A stretch of 64,000 nucleotides of DNA from an uncultured Gemmataceae bacterium (lineage in GTDB: Bacteria > Planctomycetota > Planctomycetia > Gemmatales > Gemmataceae): contig CAVVPN010000004.1 in assembly GCA_963750165.1 (NCBI GenBank), positions 640,001 through 704,000 of the forward strand, read 5' to 3'. Shown in pieces: positions 34,815 to 46,800 of the stretch; position 1 is the first letter of the stretch; the number at the start of each line of letters is the position of its first letter. Below the pieces are notes generated by a model. That model did no database searches and had not been told where the DNA came from. It saw nothing but the letters and a program-made list of their open reading frames with translations. Made by a program: the position numbers and the translations under genes.

Positions 34815-37800
34815 GCGCCGACACCGAAGTCCTGCACAAAGGAGTCGTGCAGGGCGGTCTGCACCGTCGCGCCCGTGATCGTCTCGTTGTGCAGGTGGTC
34901 CGCGGCGCTCAGCGTCAGCACCTTGCCGGTCGTGTCGATGGCCGAGATTGTGTACGACCCGTTGTTGCTGTTGGTGCCGGACACATAGATGACATTGCCG
35001 ACCTCGAAGCCGTCAGTGATCCAGCTGCCGGTGTTGCGCGTGATGGTGTCGCCGGCCGTGCTCACGTGCGTGAACGTCAGCGTCGTGTTCGCCGCCAGCT
35101 GCACCGGCGTCAAAATCTTCTTGCCGGCGTCGTTCAGGTAGACCGGCTGGCCGCCCTCGGTCGCCGGCTCGTCGATGATCGCCGGCGGGTTGTGGATCGT
35201 GTTGCCCGCGGCGTCGGTGCCCAGCGGCGCGAACGTCAGGTTGCCGTTGCTATCGACGTAGACCAACCCCGTGGTGACGACGCCCGGCGGGATGGTGCCG
35301 GTGTCCACCGTGCCGTTCGGCACCGGGATGATGTCCGGCGGGTTGGGATTGCTGCCGGTCATTGTCGCGGTGGTTTCGTTGCCGTTGGCGTCCAGGTACA
35401 GCAGGTGGCCGCTCACGTCGCGCTTCTGAATGCCGAACTCCTGCACGCCGGTTTCCTGGATGCCCTGTTCCTGCACCAGGTCCATGACCGGGTTGCCGCT
35501 GGCGTCCAGCACGACGCTGTGGACCTGCAGGTAAGCCGGGTTGGCGGTGAAGTTTTCCAGTTGCACGCCCGTCGCCGTCAGCACCGGCACGTTCGTGAAG
35601 TTCTGGTTCATCGGCTCGACGATGGGGGCCAGTGTCGCCCGCACGTAGGCCACCGTGTGGCCCGTGCTGTCGGTGTAATACTGCACGCCGTCGGCCGCCG
35701 TCGGGGCGGTGTTGATGAACACCGTCGGCAGGTTGTTCAGGATGCTGGCGTAGGTGGCGGTGTTGACCAGGGCGGTCGTCTCGTCCAGGTGCGTGTCGCC
35801 GTCGAATGTCACATTCGACAGGATGTTGCCGAAGTGGCTGTTGTTGGACACGTTCAGCGTGGACTGCCCCGGGCCGCCGTGGATGGCGACGGGAGCGCGG
35901 GCCTCCTGAATGTTGTAGGTGTCGTTGTGCAGGCCGCCTTCGATGTCGATGCTCATCGGCGGCGGCGGGTTCGTGACGCTGGTCGGCGTCGCGCCCAGCG
36001 TGAACGTGTTGTTCAGGGCGCTGGGCAGCCGGATGTCCAGGTGCTGCACGTCGGTCAGCTCGATGCCGTAATACGGGGCACCGTCGGCGTCGTGGCCCAG
36101 CGGCGTGTTCGGGGCGGCGTTCGGCGGGTTGATGCCGAAGCCTTCCAGGCTGTAGTAGTCGTTGAAGATCGGCAGGCCGGTCGTCGGGTCGGTCGCCTGC
36201 GTGAACACCGTCTTGCCATTCACGGGCGTCGCGCTGGCGATCTGCTGCGGAATCTGCCGCAGTTGCAGCGAACCGACGTTGTCGCCCGCGGCGGCGTTCG
36301 TCGCCAGCTGGTCGTCCACGATGACGGTGTTGCCGTTCACCTGGTTGCCGACACCGCCGTCGATCCGCAGGTGGCCCAGGATGCCGGAGATGTCGTAGAC
36401 ACCGGTGGCCATCAGCGCGAACGGGGCTGGCTGCACGGTGACCGGCGGCGGCGTCACCAGCTTCGTGTTCTGCACCAGCTGGCCGACCTGGTAATTGATG
36501 GCGATGTCGCTGACCGTGAACTCGACCACCGGGTCCAGGAAGGCGAAGAACGAGTTGAACTTGAAGTTAATGTTGGTCACGTTGCCGACCACGTTCGGCC
36601 GGCTCGGGTCGGTCTTGAAGTACGGCGTGAACACACTCAGGATCTGCTGCACCAGGTTGGCGTAATTCTGAGCATACGCCTGGGCGGCGTTCAGGAACTG
36701 GCTCGGGTTGAGGGCCAGCGAGAAGATGCTCGAATAGCCCAGGGCACTGAGCGGCACGTCGAAGGTCACGGCGCCGAGGTTGTAGCTGGCCGGCGAATAC
36801 TGGACGGTCGGCGGCAGCGTCACCGTGAACGGCGGCGGCTGATACGTGTACGACGGCGGCGTGAACACCAGTGGCGGCGGCGTACCGCCCACATGAATCG
36901 TGTTGTCGCCAGTGCCGCCCGCAACCGTGACGAACGTGTTCTTGGCCGTGCTCAGCACCCAGATGTTGTCGTTGCCGCCGGCGCCATCGACGACGATGGA
37001 CTGGATGTTCGAGAAGGTGACGATACGGCCGGCGCCCGCGACGTAGGTGTTCGTGATGATGAAGGTGTCGTCCAGCGGCGTGCCGATGACCACCAGCGTG
37101 TTGGTGCCCGGGCCGCCGATGATGTCCACCGGGGCGTTTTGCAGGTACTCGTAACGGTTGGTGCCGGTGCCGCCGAACACCGTTTCCAGGTTCGTGATCT
37201 TCTTCGAGTTGGTCGGGTCCTCACGCAGCACCAGGAACGTGTTCAGCAGGAACAGGTTGTTCCCGGCCCCGCCGTGCAGGTACAGCGTGGCGCGGTTGTG
37301 ATCGACCTCGAAGTTGTCGTTGCCGGTGCCGCCGAGGACGAACAGCGGATTGCTGTTGCCGTTGGTCATCGCGGACGTGTTGGCCACCGGCACGCCGTTC
37401 GGGTACTCCAGGGTGCGGTTGCCCGGGTCGGGAATGAGCGGCACCGTGCCGACCTGGATGTTGTCGTTGCCTGAACCGAAGTTCACCACCGTCAGCGCCG
37501 CGGTGTCGTTCGACAGCACGTTGTCATTGCCGCCAAACGTGCTCACCAGCACGTCCTGCACGCCCTGGTAGGTGATGGTGCTGTGGCCCGGCTTGGTCGG
37601 ATCGCCGAAGATCACCGTGCCGGTGCGTGAGGCGCCGGAGCCGGCGGCGTTCAGCGTGATGTTGTCGGCGCCGTCAGTGCCGTTGACGATGAGCTGGCTG
37701 GAGCCCGCCTGCACCGCTGCCGGCGCGATGGTGATGTTCGCGCCCGACTGGCCATCGGTGCTGATGACGTAGTTCTCGGTGTACGGGTCGGCGGTGTCGC

Positions 37801-40800
37801 CCATGTTGTTGAGCGTCACGCTGCCGGTGAAGGGCGTGACGTGGACAGGGACGCCGCCGACGTAGATGACGCCGTTCTTGTTGCCGACCACCAGGGTGTT
37901 GTTGTGCGCGCCACCCTGCATGATGACGTTCGCGAAGATGCCGGTGATGTCCTCAACGATGGCGCCGCTGGCGTAGTGATCGGCCAGATTGTTCGGCACC
38001 AGGTTCGGCAGCGGCGAGGCCATGAGCACGCCGTCCAGCGACGATTCGCTCGGCGGCATCGTGGTCGAGTAGGCGCCGCCGTTGGTGCCGAGGATCGAGC
38101 CGATCACATATTTGTTGCCGAACAGCGACATGTCACTGTCGTGCGTCTGGATCAGCGTGTTGGTGCTGGTCGGGCTGATGAAGGTGTCCAGCGCCCCGCC
38201 ACCGACGAAGGTGTCCGAGCCCTGGCCGCCCTCAAGCGTTTCGTTGTACGGCCCGCCGATCAGCATCGAGTTGCCGGCGCCGGCGATCAGGGAGACGGCG
38301 ATCAGGTCGGGGTACGTGTTGGTCGTGTCGAGCGGGTTGCCCAGGCCGCTGGCGTCGAGAATGTCGCTGCCGCCGCCGCCGTTGACCGTCAGCGTGTCGC
38401 CCTGCGAGCGGACGCTGTGGTACAGCACGATGGTGGTGATGCCCTGATCGACCACCTGCACGTCCTGCATCACATGGCTCGGGCTCGGATCGATGGCCGA
38501 GACCACGAAATGGTCGCTGCCGGTGTCGCCCTGAATGAGCACGTTCTTGGCCGTGCCATCCGGAATGAAGGTGTAGGCCGGCATCGTGACGCCCTGGCTG
38601 TCGGTCACGGTGCCGTTGGGCACCGCGGTGGCGCCGAGGTCCACCGTGATCTTCGGCACGTTGGCGTTGCGCAGCGAGCCGATGGTGACGCTGCCGGCGC
38701 TGGTGCCGGAGTCCACGTCGATCTCGGCGACGCTGTTGGCCTTGATGGCGCCCTGGAAGGTGCTGCCCTGGTAGCCGGCGACCTCAACGTTGTAGTCGCT
38801 CGGATGGGAGATCACGATGTTCTGGCCGGTCGTGTTGCTGCCGGCGGCGATGGTCACCTGGCCGCTGCTGGCCGCTACCGTCGTGGTGCCGTTCGCGGTG
38901 TTGAACGGCCACTTGATGAGCGTCTGGCCGCCGCCCGGGAAGATCGAGGCGTAGCCGCCGTTCACGTCAATCTCGCCGCCGGCCGAGCTGCCGTGGATCA
39001 CATCGCCGGGGACGTAGCTGGAGATCCTCGACACGCCGGAGCCGGTCGTCACGCCGTCGCCGGTGCCGCCGTAAATGGTCGCCGGCCCGGTGCCGTAATG
39101 GACGATGTTGTCGGTGCCGGCCCCACCATAGAAGACGGAGCCCGCGGCGCTGGCCGGTCCGGTGTACAGGTAGCTGGCGGTGCCGGCGGCCTCGTTGCGC
39201 ACGTCGAGGGTGGCCGGGCCGCTGCCGCTGTCGTCGAAGATGTTGTTGCCGCTGCCGCCAACCAGCGTGACCGGCACCTTGACGCCCGGATCGACGACAA
39301 CGTTGTTGTTGCCGTTGCCCATGTCGCCGACGATGCCGGTCACGCCGGTGAAGGTCTGCGAGCGGCCGAACGCCGTCACCTTGATGGTTTCGCCGTTGGT
39401 GGTGCCGCCCAGGTCGTCGATGGTGTAGTCCTCATCAACCGGCGTGCTGTCGGTCGGCTCGCCGATGCCGCGCGACCCCGACCGCGGTCCGGTGTTCAGA
39501 TACAGCGTGCCGCCGCTGAAGCTGGTCGGGTCGCTCTGGCTGCCGGCCAGGTAGATCGGCGCCGGGATGGTCACGTAGCCGATGGTGAAGTCCGCTCCCA
39601 CGGAGATCGAGAAGAAGAAGAAGTGCAGCGTGATCCCCACGTGCAGATCCAGCGGCACCCGGCCGCCCGTGCGCAGCGCCGTCAGCGAGAAGTTGATGTC
39701 CACGCCGAACGAGATGCCGAAGATGTGGACGCTGACGCCGCCGGAGCCGGAGACCGTGAACGCATGGTCGTCCAGGCGGATGTCGAAGGTCAGGTAGCCG
39801 GACAGGCCGAAGGTGGACGAGCCCAGCGAAATCATGCCGGATACGTGCAGATGGAAGTTGCCGTTCGACTGCAGCCAGCCGTTCGCCTGCACCGTGGCCA
39901 GGCCGAAGAAGTCCATGCTGGCGTTGACGGCAATGATCCACTGGCCCATGCCCAGGTTGGTGGTGTACGTCGTCGCGTTGCCGTTGGCGTCGGTGTCCGG
40001 GACCGTGGCCGAGCCGCCGCCGACCTGGATGACGAAGCTGGCGTTGAAGTGCAGCACCGCCAGGATGTCCACCTGGCCGCTCAACATCAGGCGGAAGATG
40101 TTGGCGGGGATCATCACGTTGTTGTAGCCGCGCGTCTGGTTGGTCGTGTTGATCTCGAGCGAGCCGCTGGCGCTGATGTGGAAGATGCCGCCGAGGATGT
40201 CGAAGTCGAGCGACACGCTCAGGTCCAGCGCCAGGCCGGGGCTGCTGTCGTTGTAGATGCCGGCGAAGCCGGTGCCCGAGACGTTGAGCGGGCCGAGCTG
40301 GAACATCACGTTGAAGTACAGCTCGAAGGCGTTGTTCGAGATCATCACCATCACTTCGCCGCTGGCCTGGGCGAAGCTGCCGAAGCTCACCGAGCCCTGG
40401 ATGTCCAGCAGGAAGCCCGGTTGCAGCATGTGGCCGTCCTGCGTGGTCACGGTGGCGCCGGTGGTGTTGATCTCGAAGAAGAAGCTGGCGCTGAAGGTCA
40501 ACCCGACACTCTGGCCGAAGCTGCCGATGCCGGCGCTCACGTCGAGGAAGGCGAACAGGCCGGCCGACGTGACGCTCAGTTCGCCGCTCAGCTGGATGGA
40601 GCCGAGCGGGCCGAGCACGACATGGCCGTTGACCACGATGTCCATGCCGCTGGCGTTGATGGTGAACGAGAAGTAGCCCTGAATCTGCACGATGCTGGCG
40701 ACCGTTAGCGAGCCGCTCATGACCAGGCGGAAGCCGCTGGCGATGGGCTGCTGCACGATCATCAGGTTGCCGTTGGCGTCCTTCTCGAAGCCGTCGAAGT

Positions 40801-43800
40801 TGCCGTTGGCATCCTGGCTGATGGCGAACGTCGAAACCGTCTGCGTGGTGCTGAAGGTGTTGATTTCCAGCAGGAACTGGCCGTCCAGCTGCACGCCGGG
40901 AATCTTGTTGGCGGCCAGGGCCAGGAAGACACGGCCGACGACGCCGCTCTGGCCCGGCTGGCTGCTGATGGTCACCACCAGGTTCAGGGTGCCGGTCAGG
41001 GAGCCGAGGAAGCTGATGTTGGTACTGACGGCGCCCGTGACGATCAGCTGGCCCTGCGTGGCGTTGACGCCGACGCTGATTTGCAGGAAGCCGGTCAGGT
41101 CGAGCACGCCGCCGATATTCAGGTCCGCCTGGATGGTGGCGACGATGTACACCGCTGGCTGGGCGTTCGGGTCGCGGGTGCCGTCGAGCTTGGGCACGCC
41201 GGCGAAGATGGTGATGCTGGTCGGGGCGCCCGGGGGCAGCAGCGGCAGGAAGGCGTCCGGGATCATGAACGTCTGATCCTGCAGCGTCGTGTTGAACGTC
41301 ACCGTCACGGAGCCGGTGGCGCTGAAAATGCTGCCGACGTTGGGCAGGCCGATGTCGGCGCCCGCGGCGATCTTGAAGCTGCCGGCGACGCCCGGGTTCG
41401 TGCCGTCCAGGCCGGTCTTGACGATGAGCAGGCCGGTCGCCATGGCGTAGTTGATCGTGGAGCTGCCGCTGCCGAACGACAAACTGGCCGTGGCGTAAAT
41501 CTCGAACTCGGTCGGGTCGATCTTGATGTAGAAGCCACCGTTCAGGTTGAGCAGGGCACTGCTGGTGCCCGGCGGCTGCAGCTTGAGCGAGCCCACCACT
41601 TCGAGGGAGAAGCTCTGGGCCGCCAGCATGTACGTCTGCGTCAGGTCGCCGCCGTCGGGGCCGATGCCCGGGAGCGTCAGCGTCTCGGTCTTCACCTGGC
41701 TCGTGGTGTTGATCTGCAGTGTGCCCGAGGCGTTGATGTAGATGCCGTACTGCTCCAGCACCGAGAAGTTCGTTTGCACCGTCGCCACGCCCCAGAACAG
41801 CGGGGCGCTACCGTCCTGCGGGTTGGTGTCGAGGATGAAGATGCCGGCGGTCGAGCCGACCGTGCCCAGCTTGTAGATGCTCATCTGGCCGGAGAAGGTC
41901 AGCGTGAACACGCTCCGCACGGTGTCGATCTCGAGCTGCGCCTGCGCCTGGACCTCCATCAGCGGGCTGGAGGTCAGGCCGGCCGCGTTCAGGATGATCG
42001 CGCCCGAGATGTTGATGAAGAACGCCTGGGCGTTGGTGATGATGGTGAACGTCTCGGTCGAGGCCATGCCGCGGTTGCCGGCGCTGTCCTTCCACGCGCC
42101 GGCGATGAAGTTCACCGTCACGGTGCCGGTGTCCCAGCTGCCGGTGAAGGTGTAGCGGTAGGTGCTGGTGGTGCCCGCGACCAGCGTCGGGTTCGGGTTG
42201 ACGGTGATGTTCTCGCCGTTGGCGCCGGTCAGCGTGAACGGGGCGTTGACGATGCTGGTGGTGTCCACGGTGGCGCCTGGCGTCGGCGTGAAGGTCACGT
42301 CGATGTAGCCCTGGCCGTTGAGCGTCTCGCGGTCCACCGTCTCGCCGGCCATCGGGTTGGCCGTGGCGGCGGTGGCGCCGGCGACGATGAACGTCTCGGT
42401 CGCTTGCAGGTTGGTGGCGCCGCTGTCGTCGCTGAACTTGCCGGCCACGAACGTCACGGTGTAGGTGCCCAGGACCAGCGCGCCGGTGAACGGATAGTCG
42501 AAGGTCGCGGCGGTACCGGCCACCTGCGTCGGCGTGCCGAGCGGGACGTTGTTGCCGTTCGGATCGGTCAGCGTCACCTCGCCGCCGGCGATGGCGGCGG
42601 TGTTGATGTTGTGGCCCTGCGTCGGGTGGAACGTCACCTCGATGAAGCCCTGGCTGTTGATCTGCGTCAGGCCGATGCTGCCGCCGGCCGCCGGGTTGGT
42701 GACATCCGCCGTCGTGCCGTTGACGGTGAAGCTCTGCGTGTCCGCCAGATTGCCGGTGGCGCTGCCGCTGGTGTCGCCCTGGTCCTTGAAGGTGCCGGCG
42801 ATGAAATTCACCGTGACCACGCCCGTCGTGAACTGCCCCGTGAACGCGAAGCGGTACGTGGTGCCGTTCACCAGCGTGGGTGCGGTGTTCGACAATGTGA
42901 CACCCGCGGCGGCGCTGCCGGACAACGAGAACTTGGGCGCCGCGGTCGTGAAGCTGGTCGGGTCCAGAGTGTCGCCGGCCGCGGGGTTGAAGGTCACGTC
43001 GATGTAGCCACGGCTGTTGAGGGCGTTGATGTCGATGCCGGCGCCGTTGCCGGGGCTGTTGAGCGTCGCGGTGGCGCCGACCACGGTGAAGGTGAACGTG
43101 GTCACGGCGTTGGCGGTGCCGGTGACGGTGTTGCCGTTGACCATCGTGTCGGCGTCCTTGAAGGCGCCCGCCGGGATGGTCACCGTCACTGGGCCGAGCG
43201 GCCAGGTGAAGTTCGGCTGCGTGATGTCGTAGCGGAAGCGGTTGACGCCGGTACGCATCAGCGCATCAGTCATGCTCTCGCCGCTGTTCGGCACCAGCGG
43301 CGTCTCGCTGGTGGTGCCGTCCGCGTTGGTCGTCGTGACCATCGGCGTCGGCGTGCCGCTGACCGTCACCGCCGAGCCGTTGACCATGATCGTCAGCGGC
43401 GTGCCGGTCGGGTTCAGGATCGAGTTGTAGTCGAGCACCGCGCCGGTGGTGGCCATGTACTCGACATCGATGTACTGGTTGCCGTTGTCCAGGTGGCCGC
43501 TGCCGTTGATGCTGTTCACGTCCACGGTGCTGCCGGACGGGTCCGCCAGCGTGGCGGTCGGCGGCATGGCGTTCGACGCCGGCGCCGTCTCGGAGGTCGT
43601 CTGGAACGTCACCATCTGGCCGCTGGCGTTGCGGAAGCCCATCGAGATCGAGCCTTCGATGGTCAGCAGCCGCACCTGGTCGGGGATGTCTGCCAGGAAC
43701 AGCACCACGACACTGCCGTTGGCGACGTGCGACAGGTCGGCGTACAGCTTGCCGCTGATGCTCAGGGCACCGTTGAAGAAGTTCAGCGTGCCGCTGATGA

Positions 43801-46800
43801 GGAACTTGCCATCGGTGCTAATCTTGATGAGCACCATGCCGTTGAACAGCGCCTGCGAGGTGTAGATGTCGAACACCTTGGCGCTGGCGGTAATCAGCAT
43901 GGGCGAGGTGAACGCCGCCAGGAAGCCGTTCTCGCCCGGGTGTGATTGCAGCGTGATGAACTGCTGCAACACCTGCTGTTGCAGCGACGCCTGCCACTGG
44001 GCGGCGGTCTGCGATGTCGGCAGGCCGAAGTCGGAGTTGCGCAGGTCCTCGGGGTTGGTGATCGACGGCAGCGTCTTGAAGAACTCGACGCCGCCGGCGA
44101 AGTCGTCGATGGAGATGCCGGTCGGGCCGCCGATGTCGATGCCGCCGGGGATGTTCGCCTCGATGAACACATCGAGCGGCCCCAGCGCGCTCAGGCCGAA
44201 GCGGATGGTGAAGCCGGCCATGCCCGCGAAGGTGAAGCCGGCCTCCACGCCCAGGTAGAAGACGCGCTGGACCACCGGCGTCGTCGTGTCGGTGGGGTCG
44301 ATGATCGTGTTGTTGGCACTGATCCGGAGCAGGCCGCCAACCAGGCCGCCGCTGATCGTGCCGCCGAAGACGTTGCCGGTGACCGTCACGCCCAGCGAAC
44401 CGATGCCGATGATCGGGAACTGGCCCTGCAGCAGCAGCGACGGCTGGATCATGATGTCCGTGACCTCGCCGGAGAACGTCAGGCCGGGCACCCCCTTCAG
44501 GCCCATGACGGACGCGGACAGGTCGAGGATGAAGTCGCCCGGGTCTTGCTGGATGCCGTTGGGCCAGATCAGGCCGATCTTCTCAATCTGGATCGGCAGC
44601 CAGCTCGGCCAGCCGACGCCGCCGCCGCTCGTGGAGCCGACCGTCAGAAAGACGCCGAAGCCGGTCAGCGGCACGAAGGTGCCATCGCCCAGGAACTCGA
44701 AGTTGCGGGCCTCGCCGCCGATGCTCAGCGAGCCGATGTTGACCTGGGCCCCGACTGATATGAACGACGCCAGCGGTTGCGACGCGCTGGCGCCGGTATT
44801 AATCATCACCCCCTGGGCCGTCAGCGTCAGCAGGCTGCTGAGCTGGATCGAGAGGGTGTTGGCATAGAACTGGAAGGCGTTCACCTGGCCGTTGCTAAAC
44901 GTCAACGTGGCGCGGAGGGCGTCGGTGTCGGGCGTGCCGTCCGCGTTGAGGTGGTGCAGGGCCGGGTTGTAGGTGATCGACGCGGACACCGGCTTGCCGG
45001 GCAGGAAGGTGGCGCCACCCGAGGCGAAGAAGATGCTGCCGTTGAACGTCGTGCCGCCGGAACCGCCGAAGGTCATGCCGAAGTTCTGCACGCCGATGCG
45101 CAGGTCGTTGAACGACAGGATGCCAGGGATGCTGATCGGCTGGCCCGAGGTCGGCGTGTACGTCAGCTCGGCCGTGCCCAGCTGGAAGCCGTTGGCCCGC
45201 ACGACCAGACCCGGGATGGTCGGGCTGTTCGGGTCACTGGGGTTCGCGTTGAACGGGCTGATCGAGCCAGTGACGCCGAACGTCGGGAACATCACACTGG
45301 CCGACTCGACCACGACCAGTTGCTGATCGTCCGGGATGCTGCCGGTGATGCCGAGTTGCGCCACCGCCATGTTCGCCAGGGCGCCCTGGAAGGTCACGGT
45401 GTAGCCGGTGCCGGCCGTGGTGACCTTGACGTTGCCGGTGCCGATGCCGGGCAGCGCTTCGAGGTCGCTCTGCACCGTGGCGGCGGTGGCGCCGACGGCA
45501 ATGCTCGGCGTCGAGTTGCCGTTGTACGACAGCGTGAAGGCGCCGCGGGCGCTGATGACGTTGATCGCCTGCACAGCGCTGTCGCTGGCGTCGCCGGCCT
45601 TCGTGACCGTGACGCCATCATTCACGTCCGGGTTGTAGGTGACGACGATGCCGGAGGCGGTCACGTTGACCACGTTGGGCACGTCGATCTCCAGCGAGCC
45701 GACACGGAAGGTGAAGTTGCCCGGCACACTGATGCGGACGTGGCCGCTGAGCAGGCCGAACACATCGACGCCCACGTCGAGCAGGCCGAGGACGCTCGTC
45801 AACTTGGCGGTGACGCCGCTAAAGCTCAGCGTCGCCTGGTTGACGCTGACGGACAGTTCCAGGATCAAGAGGCCGTCCTGGAAGCCGATGTCCGCAATGC
45901 CGACCGACGGCCCTTGCAGGTTGAGCGGCCCAATGGTGAACGACTTGCCGGCGGTCGCCGGACCCGTGCTGGTCGCCGTGCTGGCGGTGAGCGTGAACTT
46001 CTCTGTCGAGGCGTTCATCTTGTTGCCGGCCAGGGTGCCGACGCTGTTGCCCTGGAAGTTCACATCGACTTCGCCAGGGCCGAACAGGTTGGCGTTGGTC
46101 GGGTCAGCCGGCTTCAGATAGTAGCGGTAGGTCGTGCCCGAGATCAACGTCGGCGGGCCGTCGAAGTCCGGGAAGCCGTTGCCCAGCATCGCGACGTTGG
46201 TGACGCCGGGGCCGCTCAGCTTGAATTCCTTGCCGGTGATGGTTGTCGGGTCGATGGCACTGCCGTCGCGGCTCTTGTAGGTCACGTCGATGAAGCGGCT
46301 GGAGTTCATCGTATCGACGCTGAGCGACTTGCCGTCCTTCGGACTGCTCAGCTTGGCCATCGGGCCGGCGGTCATGGTCCCGGTGCTCGGCGGCGGCGCA
46401 CCCGGCGGGTCGCCGGCGACGGTGCCGTTGACCAGCGTGAAGTGGCCGGTCTGGGCGAGGTTGCCGTTGCCGCCGTTGTCCTGGAAAACGCCGGTCGCGA
46501 AGTCCACTTCCACGTCGCCGGGCTGCGTGAACGAGCCGGTGAAGCTGAAGCGATACGTGTTGATCTCGTTCGGCACCTGGGTCGGCAGCTGGTTGACCGT
46601 GACGCCGGTCACCGGCATACCGTTCTCGCTCAGCGTGACCTTCGTGGCCGTGGTCAGGATGGAGGCGCTGTTGATGCCCAGGTTGTTCGGGTCCTCGACC
46701 TGCACGTCGAAGTAGCCCTGTGTGTTGAGGGTGTTGCGGTCGAGGATCTGGCCCTCATAGGGATTGGCCAGGTCCACGCTCGGCGGCTGCACCGGGGCCG

